Of a stretch of 64,000 nucleotides of DNA, positions 46,240 through 59,384 are shown one piece after another. Source of the stretch: Ministeria vibrans ATCC 50519 (taxonomy: Eukaryota; Protista; Filasterea); NCBI GenBank assembly GCA_943704425.1, contig CALSCP010001313.1:1308-65307 (forward strand), written 5' to 3'. The position numbers and the translations under genes were made by a program. Numbering within the stretch: position 1 is the stretch's first letter; each line of letters opens with the position of its first letter. Under the pieces are notes generated by a model. The model made no database searches and was not told the DNA's origin. It was given only the letters and a program-made list of their open reading frames with translations.

Positions 46240-49200
46240 ATGCTGTCGCAATTTGCTCGCGGCGGTCTTGTGCAACTGCAGTCCTCTGCACGCACTGCCC
46301 CGATTGCGTGGATTGGGCAGCAGGCGTCCGCGCGGATGTCGACAGTGAGCCAAACACCCTTTAGCGAACTTGTTGTTGGTGTCCCCAAAGAATCGTTCCC
46401 CAACGAACGACGCGTTGCGCAGTCGCCGGCTACCGTGGGAAAGCTGTCCAAGCTTGGCTACAAGGTGATCGTTGAGTCTGGTGCGGGTGCCGGTGCGAAA
46501 TTCTCCGATGCTGAGTATGTTGCGTCTGGCGCCAGAATCAAAGGGCGCGACGAAGTGCTGTCGACGGCCGACATCGTGCTCAAGGTGCGCCCGCCGACGC
46601 CCGAGGAGGCCCTTCAGCTTAAGAAGCACAGCCACCTGGTGAGCTTCCTGTATCCCGCTCAAAATGCGGATCTGGTGGCGACGCTGGCCAAGAACGAGGT
46701 GAGCGCATTCGCCATGGACTGCGTGCCGCGCATCAGTCGCGCCCAGTCCATGGACGCGCTCAGTTCCATGGCCAACATTGCCGGCTACAAGGCGGTCGTG
46801 TTGGCCGCCGACCACTTTGGGCGCTTCTTCACCGGCCAGATCACCGCTGCTGGCAAGGTGCCGCCCGCCAAGATGCTCGTCATTGGCGGCGGTGTCGCGG
46901 GTCTCTCGGCTATTGGCACCGCCAAGAATATGGGAGCCATTGTGCGCGCGTTTGACACGCGTCCCGCCGTCAAGGAACAAGTGGCAAGCATGGGCGGCGA
47001 GTTCCTTGAGATTCCCGGCTTCGAGCTGGCCGAAGGCAGCGGCGGCTATGCCAAGGAGATGAGCAAAGAGTTCATCGACGCAGAGATGGCGCTATTTGCG
47101 CGCCAGTGCAAAGACGTCGACATTGTCATCACGACAGCCCTCATTCCGGGCAAGCCGGCACCCAAACTAATCTCGCAAGAGATGATCGAGTCCATGAAGG
47201 ACGGCTCAGTTGTGGTCGATCTCGCGGCCGAGGCCGGCGGTAACATTGCCACGACCAAGCCAGGCGACCTCATTGTGCACAAGGGCGTCACCTGCATCGG
47301 CTACACCGACCTTCCGTCGCGCCTTGCCACACAGGCCAGCACTCTCTACGCCAACAACGTCACAACACTCCTCACCACCGCGCTCGGCAATAAACAAGGC
47401 TTCGGCATTGACATTGGCGACGACGTGGTGCGCGGCTGCATTGTACTCGACCGTGGCAAGGGTATGTGGCCGCCGCCGCCGCCCAAGGGGGTTCCCGCCC
47501 CGCCCAAAGCCAAAAAGGTCGAGAAGAAGGTGGCGCCGCCGCCGCAGGACCCCTTCAAGGCCATGCTTAAGACGTCCGGCATGACTGCCGCAACCCTCTC
47601 GTCGCTCATTGGCCTGGGCTTTATCTCGCCCAACCCCGCCTTTGCCCAGATGGTCAGCACGTTTGCCCTCTCGGGCATTGTCGGCTATCAGGTTGTGTGG
47701 GGTGTCTCGCCGGCACTCCACTCGCCCCTCATGTCGGTAACCAATGCCATCTCAGGCATGACTGCTGTCGGTGGACTCGCCCTTATGGGTGGCGGCCTCC
47801 TGCCACACACAAGTTCGCACATGCTTGCCTCGACGGCCGTTCTTATCTCCTCGATCAACATCAGCGGTGGTTTCCTTGTTACCAAACGCATGCTCGACAT
47901 GTTCCGTCGTCCCACCGACCCCGCCGAGCACAACTATCTCTTCATGGCCCCCGCCGCCGCCATGCTCGGTCTGTTCGCGTACGGCTCGCACATCGGCTTA
48001 AGCGACGTCACGCAGCTCACCTACCTTGCAAGTGGCGTCTGTTGCATTGGAGGCATCGGCGGGCTGGCGTCACAGCAGACAGCACGCATTGGCAACGCGC
48101 TGGGCATGTGTGGTGTGACGGGCGGTCTGGCGGCAACACTCGGCTCGGTCGATGTCAGCAATGATGTCTACGTGCAAATGGCGGGTGTCATGGGCATTGG
48201 CGGCACCATTGGCTTCCTCATTGCCAAGCGCATGGAAGTCACGGAGTTGCCTCAGGTGGTTGCTGCCTTCCACAGTCTTGTCGGTCTTGCCGCAGTCACG
48301 ACCAGCGTGGCCGCCTTTGTGAACGGCTCGTTCGAGTCGGCCCTTGAGCACGGCATGGACGGCGTCCACAAGAGCGCCATCTTTCTCGGCACTTTCATTG
48401 GCGGCGTCACTTTTACCGGCTCCATTGTTGCTTTTGGAAAACTGCACGGTATCATGGGCAGCGCGCCACTGCAGCTGCCGGGCCGTCACCTGGCCAACCT
48501 GACCATGTTCCTGGCGAACGTGGGCGCCATGGGTGTCTTCCTGACGACTCCCGAGCCTATGATGGGCCTGGCCATGCTTGCCGCGACCACCGGCCTCTCC
48601 TTCACCATGGGTGCTCACATGACTGCAAGCATTGGCGGTGCCGACATGCCCGTCGTCGTACGAACACACTCACACAGACAATTATCAATTCTTTTTGTGT
48701 TTCTCAAAAAATTTCATTTTCCCTCCCTCTTTGTAGATCACGGTGCTCAACTCGTACTCGGGCTGGGCACTGTGTGCCGAAGGATTCATGCTGGGCTCTG
48801 ATCTTCTGACCATTGTTGGTTCGCTTATTGGTAGTTCGGGTGCCATTCTGTCGTACATTATGTGCAAGGTACGGTGCCCCTAGGAAAATGTTCCCTAGGG
48901 TATGCCTCAGAAGAGCTGATTTTTTTTCTTTCTTTTTTTTTCTTTTTTCGTTCTTTTTTCTATGCGGTGTAATTAGGCGATGAACCGTTCGCTTCCCAAT
49001 GTGATTCTGGGCGGCTTTGGCACAAACGCTACTGGGTATTGCAAAGAACGACTTTTTACTTTTTTGGGGGATGAACTTTTGAATGAACTTTGGATGGACT
49101 TTGGATTAACATTTGGTTCTGAATGTAGCACTGGCGAGGCACTGCAGGTGACGGGAGAACACCGTGAAATTGACGTGGCAGGCACGGTGGAGGCGATGAT

Positions 49201-49932
49201 GCAGGCCAAGTCGGTGATCATTGTGCCGGGCTACGGTCTGGCCGTCGCCAAGGCACAGTATGCCATTGCCGAGATCACCAAGCAGCTGACGGACAACGGC
49301 TGCAAGGTGCGCTTTGCTGTGCATCCTGTAGCTGGTCGTATGCCGGGTCAGCTTAACGTGCTCCTTGCCGAGGCCGGCGTGCCCTATGATGTGGTCCTTG
49401 AGATGGATGAGGTATGGGCATTGAGTGATTCCAAGGCGGCTTTTTGTCTAAGGCTCACTCGCTTTGGTGTTCCTTTGGTGTGTGTTTTCTTTTAGATCAA
49501 TGATGACTTTGCTGATACTGACCTGGTCCTCGCTATCGGTGCCAACGACACGATCAACTCGGCCGCTCTCGAAGACCCCAACAGGTGCGTTTTTTCAAAA
49601 TAGCCTTGTTGCCCGTCCATCGAACGTCCATCTCATCTATATTGTGTTCTCTTCTTCAGCATCATTGCCGGAATGCCCGTTTTGGAGGTGTGGAATGCCA
49701 AGCAAGTGGTGGTCATGAAGCGGTAAGTGGCAATGAGTCGACATTGAGAAAGTAAGTTACTGAATAATGCCATTCTTTCGTATTATTATTTTGCAGATCG
49801 CTCGCATCCGGCTACAGCGACTGTCCCAACCCGGTGTTTGTCAAGGAGAACACTGAGATGCTTCTGGGCGACGCTAAAAAGACGTGCGATGCTTTGCGCA
49901 ATGGCATCGAGTCGTACCTTGCTGCTCGCTGA
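46240..49932 (+). CDS. NNT: Mitochondrial NAD(P) transhydrogenase, alpha-beta fused order, multi-exon
   Basis: Presequence; [82 protein letters not shown]. Confidence 0.96.
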
Positions 49933-50326
49933 GTCAGAGAGACGACATGAGGGAGATGATATGAGACTTAGCAAGAGAGAGAGAGGAGTTAGCGCGATAG
50001 TAAACAAAAGTCACAAAAAAAATAAAAATCGTGTAGTGCTGCTGAGTGGGACGGGAGGTTAGTGCCCTTCGTACTTAGTCAACCCTATGCAGTCTATACT
50101 CTAAGACGCGACTCACGCGAGCACTGTATCACTCTCTTAATTTGAGTCTCTTTTCGGTATTTCTTATAACGACGTACTTTCAAGTGACTAATAATAATAA
50201 TTTCAACTTTGAGTAAACATTAAAATTTGATTACTCTTCGCTTTGTACTGACCTCTTTTGAGTTCGACACACTGCGTCCTCCTTTGTAGTTGTATTGGCG
50301 GGCGTTACCGCCCCTCTGCCTAAGAA

Positions 50327-50683
50327 ATGTCGCAGCGTGAGCCGCGAAAGGTTTGCCAGCGGTTTCACCTGTCTCGCCTGGCCCTGACACGCCGTCTTGC
50401 TCCACTTCCTAGCTGTCGTTTGGCTCGCTTCTAGGGCGTAGGTCCAGCAGCCACGGAAGTACTGGAAGGTAAGTGAGGCCGATTTCGCGTTTTTAAAGGG
50501 GGTTGATGAAAAATGTGTCGACTTTGCGCAGACGACAGTCCTCTGCGCCGTCCATTCTACCGACTCTCGAGCGTGTTTCCGTGGCGCCCGGAACACTGTG
50601 CATTCATATCACCAACATCGAGGGTCTCAACAACCTCATCGACGGCCCTCTTGCTCCCGTTTGCGACATCACTTTCCGCTCAG

Positions 50684-50734
<51 letters not shown>

Positions 50735-51131
50735 GTGTGTCTCTCGCTCGCTCCTTCTCAACGTTTTCCTTTTTTTGTTAGATACACGCCAGGCACGCTC
50801 GCGTGTGAACCATCGTGATGATACCATTGAGTTTGAAGAGGTCTCCTTCAACGTCCCTGGCGCCAACTTGTTTCCGCACGAACTCCTCTCGCTGAGCATT
50901 TGTAATGCTGGGCAGTGCTTTGGCGAGGCCGATTGTTCCGTCTCCTTTGCCATGAATGGCCACGAGACCTCTACCATTCCCGTGTCCCACTACTGTCGTC
51001 TACTCATGCGTCCGCCTTCGTCGCGTCTCGCCAGTTCCACGGCTTTCCTCGAACTCTCTTGGTCTCCCATTGTCCAACCACCCGCTCAACTTGTCATTAA
51101 ACACACCGCTCCACCCAAGAAGGAGCGGCAC

Positions 51132-51173
<42 letters not shown>

Positions 51174-54100
51174 CAACAACATCCACTAAAACAACAACAA
51201 CCACAACAGCAACAACATCAACAACCGCACCATCAGTCTCCCAAAGGCTTTAGCCGTCGCGAACATGGCTCTGCCTCGAGTCTCGTCTCGGTGCTCACCA
51301 ACTCGACTGTGCCCGACACAGCTGTAAGTGTCAACACTGACACAGTTCCCATCCATCGCGAGTCCCCCTCGTCGTCTCTGCCTCCACCCGACGTTGAACC
51401 TCTCTCGCCCGACGACAGTGTGTTCACGACCACCAATGGTAAGAGCCGCTTTAGTGTAGGAGACGAGACAAGCGATGAGAACTTTAGCGACGTCACCGAG
51501 GAGTTTCCAGAGGACAATGGCGAAGATGACCCGGACAGCTACTTCAACTCGACCAACCCTCGACCGGTCGAGAAGCGCGCACCCGCCCAGGAGCATACCA
51601 TCCGCGCACCGCGTGCGCGTCCCATTACGGTCCCGCTCGCCAAGAAGAGTGACAGTGGAACAAAGAAGAAGAGTAACACGGTGATGGGGGCAGCGAACGG
51701 CCATGGCGCTGCTTCGTCAACGTCGGCGTGGGACAAGAAGACGACGGTCGAGCAGACGTCGTTTGCAGACCAGCTCAATGCGGAGCTGGACAGTCTATTT
51801 GAGGAGGAAGACACGGTGGCGGCACTCGACGAGCTCACGCGTGAACTTGAGACCACCACTGTTGCTGCGAGTTTTGCTGACAGCGATACTGATGGCGCAA
51901 GCACGCGCTGCAACAGCGATGATGCTCTGCTGGGGGGTGTGCGAGGGTCCTCCTTGGTGACAGAGTCGTCGTCGTCGCCCGTGTCCACGTCGCCTAGCAC
52001 GGTTGCAGCCAAGACGGTACGTGCCGCAGCGTCGACGATCCAGATCCACGAGAGCGACGGCGTGTACAAGACGCTGCAGGTGGATGAGACGACAACGGTA
52101 CGCGGTGTGGTTCTGATGATGCTCGCACGCTTTTTCCATGTCGCTGAGAGCGAGAACGCCGAAGGCAAGTACATGCTGTTGGTGCAGCTGCCGGACGGGA
52201 GCACGCGACGTCTCAAGAACGGCGAGCTTGTGCTTCATGTCAAGCGCCTCCTTGAGATGGACTCCTCCGTGCGCGGGTTCAAGTTTCGCCTTCAGCGCAA
52301 CCTGGTACGCCGCAACAGCAGTGGACGGCGGACCGTCAACTCGGTCAAGAAGAAGCACCGTAGCGACTCGACGAATCGCAAGAAGGGACGCGACAAGAAG
52401 AACCGCGGGAGCAAAATCACAGACATCGTGACGGGCGTCGAAGTGGTCGATCCGGTCGCCGACGATCTAAGCGACTGGTCACTTTTTGGTGGCAACTCAC
52501 CCTCGCTCGACATTATGGTCGCCGAGCGTGTTGCCGCCGAGCGGATTCAGCGCACCAACTTGCTCAAGTCCAAGCGCACCCAGACGGCCAAAGTTGCGGC
52601 GGCGGTCGCTGTCGCTGCTGCTGCGGCGTCAACTGCCGCTGTTCCCGGTGTGCTGCCATTGTCATCTGCTGTTGCGATGAAAGGTTCCCCCAAGACCCGC
52701 CTTACTGCCGCCGCTGCCTTTTCCGCCAAAAATGCCTCGACTGCAGCCACCACCTCTGTACTTGTCCAACCCGCCACTGTGCCTGCTCCCTTGATTGACC
52801 CCTCCTCGACGTCTTCTGTTCCCGGCCCTTCACCCTCCGTGACCTCCGACACGGCCTTGAGCGCGACCTCTCCGCCACCCCTGAGCCCACACATTCCAAG
52901 AAGTGTCTTCCAATGGGACACAACAGCCGCGCAGCAGGCCATCAAGGACGCCAACAACGCTACTACCATCAACAATGGCAACAACATGACGGACGCCATT
53001 GCAAAAAGCCCACACACCACCTCGTCCGTCACCACGCCCACCAACACCACCGCACCTGCTACTGCACCCACAGCCTCCTCATCACCATTGCTCGTACCAC
53101 ACGCGTCACAAACCAAGCCGCTCCTGGTGCACCCAGGGGCGACACATCAAGACACCTCCGGTGTCACAGCAGGAGCTGTGTCGCCGCAGAACGAGTCTCC
53201 CTCGTTGCTCCTCGAACTTGACGAGATTCTTTCGGACCTCGACCGGTCCGTCACGCTTCCAACCTCCACCACACCCACCATGCGTCCCAGTGCAACCACT
53301 AACGCTACGACTGTTGCCCGACCCCCGTCGTCGCCGTCGCTCACCTCGCCCTTTCTTGTGGCCCAATCTAGCCTCGACTTGAGCGTTGCGTCGCATCCCA
53401 CCACGGGAGGCACACAGACGAGCGACATTGTGTCTCGGCTTGTCAATGAAAATAAACGACTGCGTGACCGACTGCATCGTCTTGAAGAGCGCGAACGGCG
53501 CAAGGTGACCACAACGCCCTTCAAACAATTCCATTTGCCAATACACCCGTCGCCAACGACAACGACACCGACGCCCCAGCCACCCAGTGCCGTGGCCGTG
53601 GGTCCAGGACGAGCCCAAGTGGCGCTATCACCGCACGAGCAAGTGAAGGGGCCCTCTCCTCTGCTGGCGGGTCCGTCTCTGTCGGACTCGAGTATCGCCG
53701 ACCTCGTCGATAGTGCAGTGGGTCCACTCCTTGCAAGCGCACCCCCAACCGAGCCCAATGCGAACGAATCGACCCGCTCGCTTTTTCAAATGCGCCAGCG
53801 TCAGCTGCAGATGCGTCAGATCCAATCGACACTCCCTGCGGCGGCGGCGGCGGCGGTGGAAACATCAACTCCTTCGCCTCACAATGATTCTCTGTCTCCT
53901 CTTCAACGTCTTCAGCAACAACAGTTCATTTTGCGGCAGCGACAACTGCAACAACAGCGTCCCATCCAACAACAGTCTCTACAGCCACTCCAATTGTCTC
54001 ACAATTTGTCTCCCAGTCACAAGCTTGAGGCGACGCGCGAGTCACAAGAGTTTCAACAGCCATTGCTTAAATCCCTTTTGCCTTGCAATGGGAGCAGTAG

Positions 54101-55612
54101 TAATAGTAGTAGTGGCGGTAGCGATGTGGCGCTTGCACAGGTGCAGCGGGAAGTGGAGTTTGAGCGAATGAAAGTGCGGGCACTGGAGGCACGCGTGAAG
54201 GAGATGCAGGAGCGCACGAACCTGCTGGAGGAGGAAACGGAGCGGCTCAGCGGTGACCGTGAAGCGGCTCAGTCGAGCCTCTCGTCGATGGGTCGTGACC
54301 TTGAAATGAAGGAACGTCAGCTCAAAGGTAATGTCGATATGATCACACATGCTGTTGTCACTGAATTGTGTTGGTACAGGCTCGCAGGATCAGTTGTTCC
54401 AGGCACTCAAGGACCAGTATCTGCTGCGTGGTGAGGTCGAGCGCCTCAAGCAGGGTGTCGGGCAGTATGTCATGCAGCTGCGCAACCAGAAGCGCAAGGT
54501 TAGCGCAAGGGAACGCCAAGAGCCTTCTTCTGACTGGACTCTTGTGCTTGTAGATCAATGTGATGAAGAACAATCTCAAGTTCCGACAAGGGGAGATTTC
54601 GCAGTTGCAGGCGGAAGTGGAGCAGCTCGAGGCGGACATCAAGTACGCAGCCTTGGTCAAGTACACTTGAGAGCGTCTCGCCTCACGCAACTGTTTGTAG
54701 GGCCAAGGATGTGCGGATCGGGTGGATGCAGAGTGAAATTTCTCCCGAGGTGCTGGCACAACACGTATCGCCACGGCCTAAGCGGTGTCCGTCGCTGGCC
54801 AAGGGCCGAGGGGCGCGACGGCGTGTGCGGTTTGCGCCTGAGATTGTGTTTCTCGATGCGGCACTCGACGGGAATCTGCACGAGGTGGAGCAGTTGGTTG
54901 AGAGCGGTATTGACGTTAATACCCGCAGCAGCCAAGGTAATGGGTCGTATAGGTGTTCATGAAATTATTTTTATTATTATCATAGTTATCATCATTGTAT
55001 TGATTGTTGGTTGCAGGTGTGACTGCGCTGCACAATGCGTGTTGCAACGGCCATGAGGATGTCGTGGAATACTTGTCGGAGAATGGGGCGGATGTGAATG
55101 CGGTCGACGAAGACAAATGGTACGACGGAAGTGCCTCGCGAAACTGCTTAATCTTATCTGTCTGTGTGTGTGTGTGTGTGTGTGTTTTTTTTTTTCTTTT
55201 CTTTTTTTCTTCTGTATCATTATTAAATGGGTTGTATTCTTCTTCTTCTTCTTTTTCTTTTTTGATGTATGTGTAGGACACCGCTGCACTCTGCGGCGTG
55301 CTCGTGTTCGGTGAGGACGGTACAGCTGCTACTTCAACATGGCGCAGTGCTTAATCTGCTCAACACAGACGGCGAGACTGCCCTTGATGTGGCCGAAGAT
55401 CCTTTCGTGATCCACACCCTCAAGAGTAAGTGCACCCCCCCTTTTTTTCAGCGTCTTCCATTACTGTTTTTTTTCTCTTCTTTTTGTTTTCTGTCTTCCA
55501 ACTTTATTTCTTCCCTTTGTCTCTCTTTGCCTCTGTTTATCACTTTATTTCTCTCTCTATCACTTTATTTCTCTCTCTATCACTTTGTTTCTCTCTGTCT
55601 TTATCACTTTAT

Positions 55613-55647
<35 letters not shown>

Positions 55648-56136
55648 TGCTTACTCTCTTTCGCTTTCTCAAATTATGACGATCCTTCATATTATATGTT
55701 CTTTCGCTATTCAGGTGCCGTTGAGCGCAAGGAGAAATCAACGTGGCTTTACGTTCTCTGTGACATTATGGGCGAGGTGAGTCACAGATCAACCAGTATG
55801 AACAGCACCCCTTCTGAGACCTTGTTTTTTTTGTTTTTTTTTCCTTTACTCGCACAGGACGGGCAGCTGAACTTGCATGAGAACTCGCGTGTTCGTGTGG
55901 TGAATCGACCGAGTGCGGCTGCGTCGCCGTCGATCGCATCGAACCGCGAGACGAACAACCCAGCGTTGGGCGACGGCGAGCAGCTAGTCGCCAACAACAA
56001 CGGTGACACCGGCAGCACCAGCAGCAATGAGCAAGTCATCTGGCAGGTCGAATACAACGCAAGCATCTTCAGCGTGTCGGCTGCCTTCCTTGGCGAGTTC
56101 CCCAAGGGTGTCTCTGGCCTTACTTCATCGTGTTAG
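50327..56136 (+). CDS. ASPP-like PP1 regulator: C2-like + RA/ubiquitin-like + coiled coil + RVxF + ankyrin repeats + degenerate SH3, multi-exon
   Basis: GTLCIHITNIEGL..LELSW (C2-like); IQIHESDGVYKTLQVDETTTVRGVV..RRLKNGELVL (RA); RRRVRFAPEIVFLDAALDG; GVTALHNACCNGH..WTPLHSAA; C-terminal WLYVLCD..VSAAFLGEFPK. 5' exon boundaries are uncertain. Confidence 0.75.
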
Positions 56137-56375
56137 TTGATGCCATTATATTGACAGACACTGTGATTGTAATGATTGTATTATTGATACCTTTTTTTTC
56201 CGTATAATACGTTTTGAGATTCTGAATTGTTTGTTGTTTAAGTAAAGTAAACTTCATTTTTTTCCCCTTCGTCTCCTCTCTGTGGGGCCTCTCACCTCCA
56301 TCGCCTGTCTTACCCCTCTTCCCTCCTACCACGTCTCTGCGCTTCATTTCGTCCGTTGATCGTTGAACGACCGCA

Positions 56376-57877
56376 ATGCGCAACACTGCCCCCGGCAAAC
56401 CAGACGCGGACGACGACGAGCCGCCCGCTGCTCTCCCCTCGGTCAGGGCATCTTCGCGAACGTCAACGGTCCTAGCGAAAGCTTCTTCACACACTGTGTC
56501 GACGTCGCTGGCGCACAATAGTTCGCGCGAGACCACCGCCTCCTCCACATCCACCGCACCTGCGGCTGGCCCCATCCCATTCGTCGCGTCGGCCGACAAC
56601 ACACAGCCAGACACCGCCGAGCAGGTGTCGCAAGTACCGCAAGCCAAAGAGGGGTTTCAACCCATCGCATCGCCGTTTTCATCCTCGGCAACACCGACTG
56701 CAGAAGAGGGCACGGTGAAGCACAGCCTTGCACCGGCTACCCACACGTCAACTGCCGTATCAGACGCAGCACGACCGCATGCGCAACCGATTGACACGGT
56801 TGGTGGGGCGCTTCAAGCACTTCTCTCGCAGCTTCCGCTTGAACCGAAGCCGCTTGACGCCACCAAACCCCTGTCCAGTGCTACCAGCGTCCCTGCCACT
56901 AGCATTGCCACGACATCCGCAACCGCAACCTCCCTTAGCGCTCCGCCCGGCGAGCTTTTGCCCCAAACGCGCCATGGAAGAGTTCGTCGTGCGCCCACCA
57001 TTCATGCCGACTGCTTTCTCGCGCACGACAAAATTCCCCGTCAACGCACACTTCCAAAAAGTCGACCCCGAAAGACACCCCTCTCAAAAGCTGTTGCTGC
57101 AGCTAGGATGACGGAAGCTGTTGCTGCAGCTAAGAAGGTGGCGGATGCTGCACCTCCACAACGAGCAAAGGCGGGCGGTGGCAGCACACGTCCCTCACGC
57201 AGCACACCTCCCTCACGCAGCAGGAAACGAAAGGCAGACAGCACAGATACAGCCACGGAAACAGCAGATACAACATCAACAGCATCCTCAACAAAATCAA
57301 CAACACCACCAACAGCAACAACAACAACAGTACCGTCATCAACAACGACAATCAATGGTAGGGCACGCAAGAAGCCAAAATTGCCAACGGTGGCTGATGT
57401 GCGCCAGGCGGTGAAAGGCACAACCATTGCCAAGACAGGCGCGACGATCCTTTCGGCAGAGCTGGGCAAGCACGCACCCACGAGCGCCGAGTTTCTCGTG
57501 CACAACACACACTCACCGCTGGGCGAGCCTCAGATCAACCTGCGCCATCTAGTGAACCACGCACGCTTCAGCAGTCTCGACGCGACCACCCGTGCCGCGC
57601 TTACGACACTCTTGCCCGCTTGTGACATTGGCGCAGACGGTACTGTCGCCGAGCACATTTTCACGTGCAACCCGTTTCTCTCTCAGGCGCTCACCGAGTT
57701 CCGCCAGCACTTGCGCGAGGGGTTGCTCACGGCCGACGCAGAACGCAAACGGAAGAGGAGACAACGCGCATGCGAGCTCCGCCGTCAGAAGATTCCCGAC
57801 TGGAAGGTATTATTATTCTATTCTTATGGAGCACACACATACACACTAAGCGCAAACGCACACACAAAACACACAAA

Positions 57878-57909
<32 letters not shown>

Positions 57910-58071
57910 GAAGATGCCGTATGTACGCACGCTACTCACGACCACTCGTTTTTGTAGAAGCGCCACTTTGAAGAGTCATGGGGAGATCTGCAGCGGAAAG
58001 ACGGACAAGAGGAAGAAATGCAAGAGGAGAGGGATGCGCATGATGATGGCAATGGTGACATGAGTGAATAA
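56376..58071 (+). CDS. ASX-homology/DEUBAD-domain protein (2 exons)
   Basis: SPLGEPQINLRHLVNHARFSSLDATTRAALTTLLPACD..NPFLSQALTEFRQHLREG..KIPDWK|KRHFEESWG. Confidence 0.78.
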
Positions 58072-58100
58072 TATACACATGTATACAAGTAAGTAGGACA

Positions 58101-59279
58101 CTACACCAATGGCTTTGAGAACCAGTCTACAACGTCGGTCGCTGCGGGGAGTGCAGAGGATGCTGGAGGGGGCGGGGGAGGCGGGGGAGGCGCCCCGTCG
58201 CCCGCAAGTTCGTTGGAAAGACCTTCGGCGGTGCACACGTCGGGGACTTGTGGCTGCTCGTGACACTGTTGTTGCTTCTGTTGGAGGGTGGCGAGGATGG
58301 TGCTGGCCATGGAGCCACTGGGAAGGGGCGTGATGGGCGAGCACGCAACGTAGCCGAGACGCGAATAGAAGCGCTGGCGGTCGTGTGTGCTCAGGTACGC
58401 TGTCGTACAAGACCATTGGGTGTCGCCGTTGCCTTGGCTGTTCATTCCCTGCGATGCAAGGTACAATTCGGTGCCGCGCATGAGAAGGGCGCCGAGTCGA
58501 CGCCCGCGCAGTTCTCGGCGTATCACCACAGACTCTATCACGGCTCCCGTGCTGTCTTCGAGCGCTCGTGAGACCCGCGCAGCGCCCACAGTAGTCACTG
58601 CAGGTGCCGTGCCACTCTGGCTGTTGTCGTCGAGCACACCGCATTGTAACACCACGTAGGTGGGTAGGGATGCGCGGCAGTGACGCAACGAGGCGAGTCT
58701 CGCCGAGCTACTACGACCCCACTCATCGTGAAGCATATTAAAGCAGTCATCGGTGAGGCTGGGCTCCTCGTGAAGTAAATAGACGTCGGCGCAATTGCAC
58801 ACAATGTGTGGCGAATACGTAAAGAGCGTCACGAGAGCACGGTGTGTGGCACACTCGCGCTGCTTCAGCCATGACACGACGCGATCGAGCAGTCGACGCC
58901 TGTCGTTGGGCTCCACATCAAGAGAGTGGATCCACCAGAATCGAGGAGACGCCTTCAGCGCACGTCGCTTCTCGTGTTCCGCAAGCGCTTCCGGGACCGA
59001 CGCGCAAGGCGATTCAGTGACGAGCACCGTCGAGTGGCTGCCCAGTACCTCGAGATACCGTGGTTCGCGGACGATCACAATCAAATCAGGGACAGCATCA
59101 AGCAGCGGCATGGCGTGAGGTGGCGTCGAAGGGTCTATCAGCACGAAGCAGGGTTGAGCGGCGCCGCTCAAATCCGCCACGGCTCCTTCCTGATTTCTGA
59201 CACCGCTTCCGTCCGCAACAAAGTAGCTGCCCGCAGGCAGCACCTTCTCGTCATTCTCTGCTCTTGAGAGGGAGTTCAT
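58101..59279 (-). CDS. NAA80: Actin N-terminal acetyltransferase NAA80-like GNAT with extra N-terminal domain, intronless
   Basis: EWGRSSSARLASL, VGAARVSR, IESVVIRRELRGRRLG, LSTHDRQRFYSRLGY, poly-Pro loop, terminal WFSKPL. Confidence 0.8.
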   Translation of the reverse strand: MNSLSRAENDEKVLPAGSYFVADGSGVRNQEGAVADLSGAAQPCFVLIDPSTPPHAMPLLDAVPDLIVIVREPRYLEVLGSHSTVLVTESPCASVPEALAEHEKRRALKASPRFWWIHSLDVEPNDRRRLLDRVVSWLKQRECATHRALVTLFTYSPHIVCNCADVYLLHEEPSLTDDCFNMLHDEWGRSSSARLASLRHCRASLPTYVVLQCGVLDDNSQSGTAPAVTTVGAARVSRALEDSTGAVIESVVIRRELRGRRLGALLMRGTELYLASQGMNSQGNGDTQWSCTTAYLSTHDRQRFYSRLGYVACSPITPLPSGSMASTILATLQQKQQQCHEQPQVPDVCTAEGLSNELAGDGAPPPPPPPPPASSALPAATDVVDWFSKPLV

Positions 59280-59384
59280 AGAAAAATTCTGAGAATCTGA
59301 GTAATCTCCTTCTTCACAAGTTTATACAGAGTTTGTTTGTTTCAATTTCATATCATTTCATTAAAGTCTTTGGGAGTGGCCACG

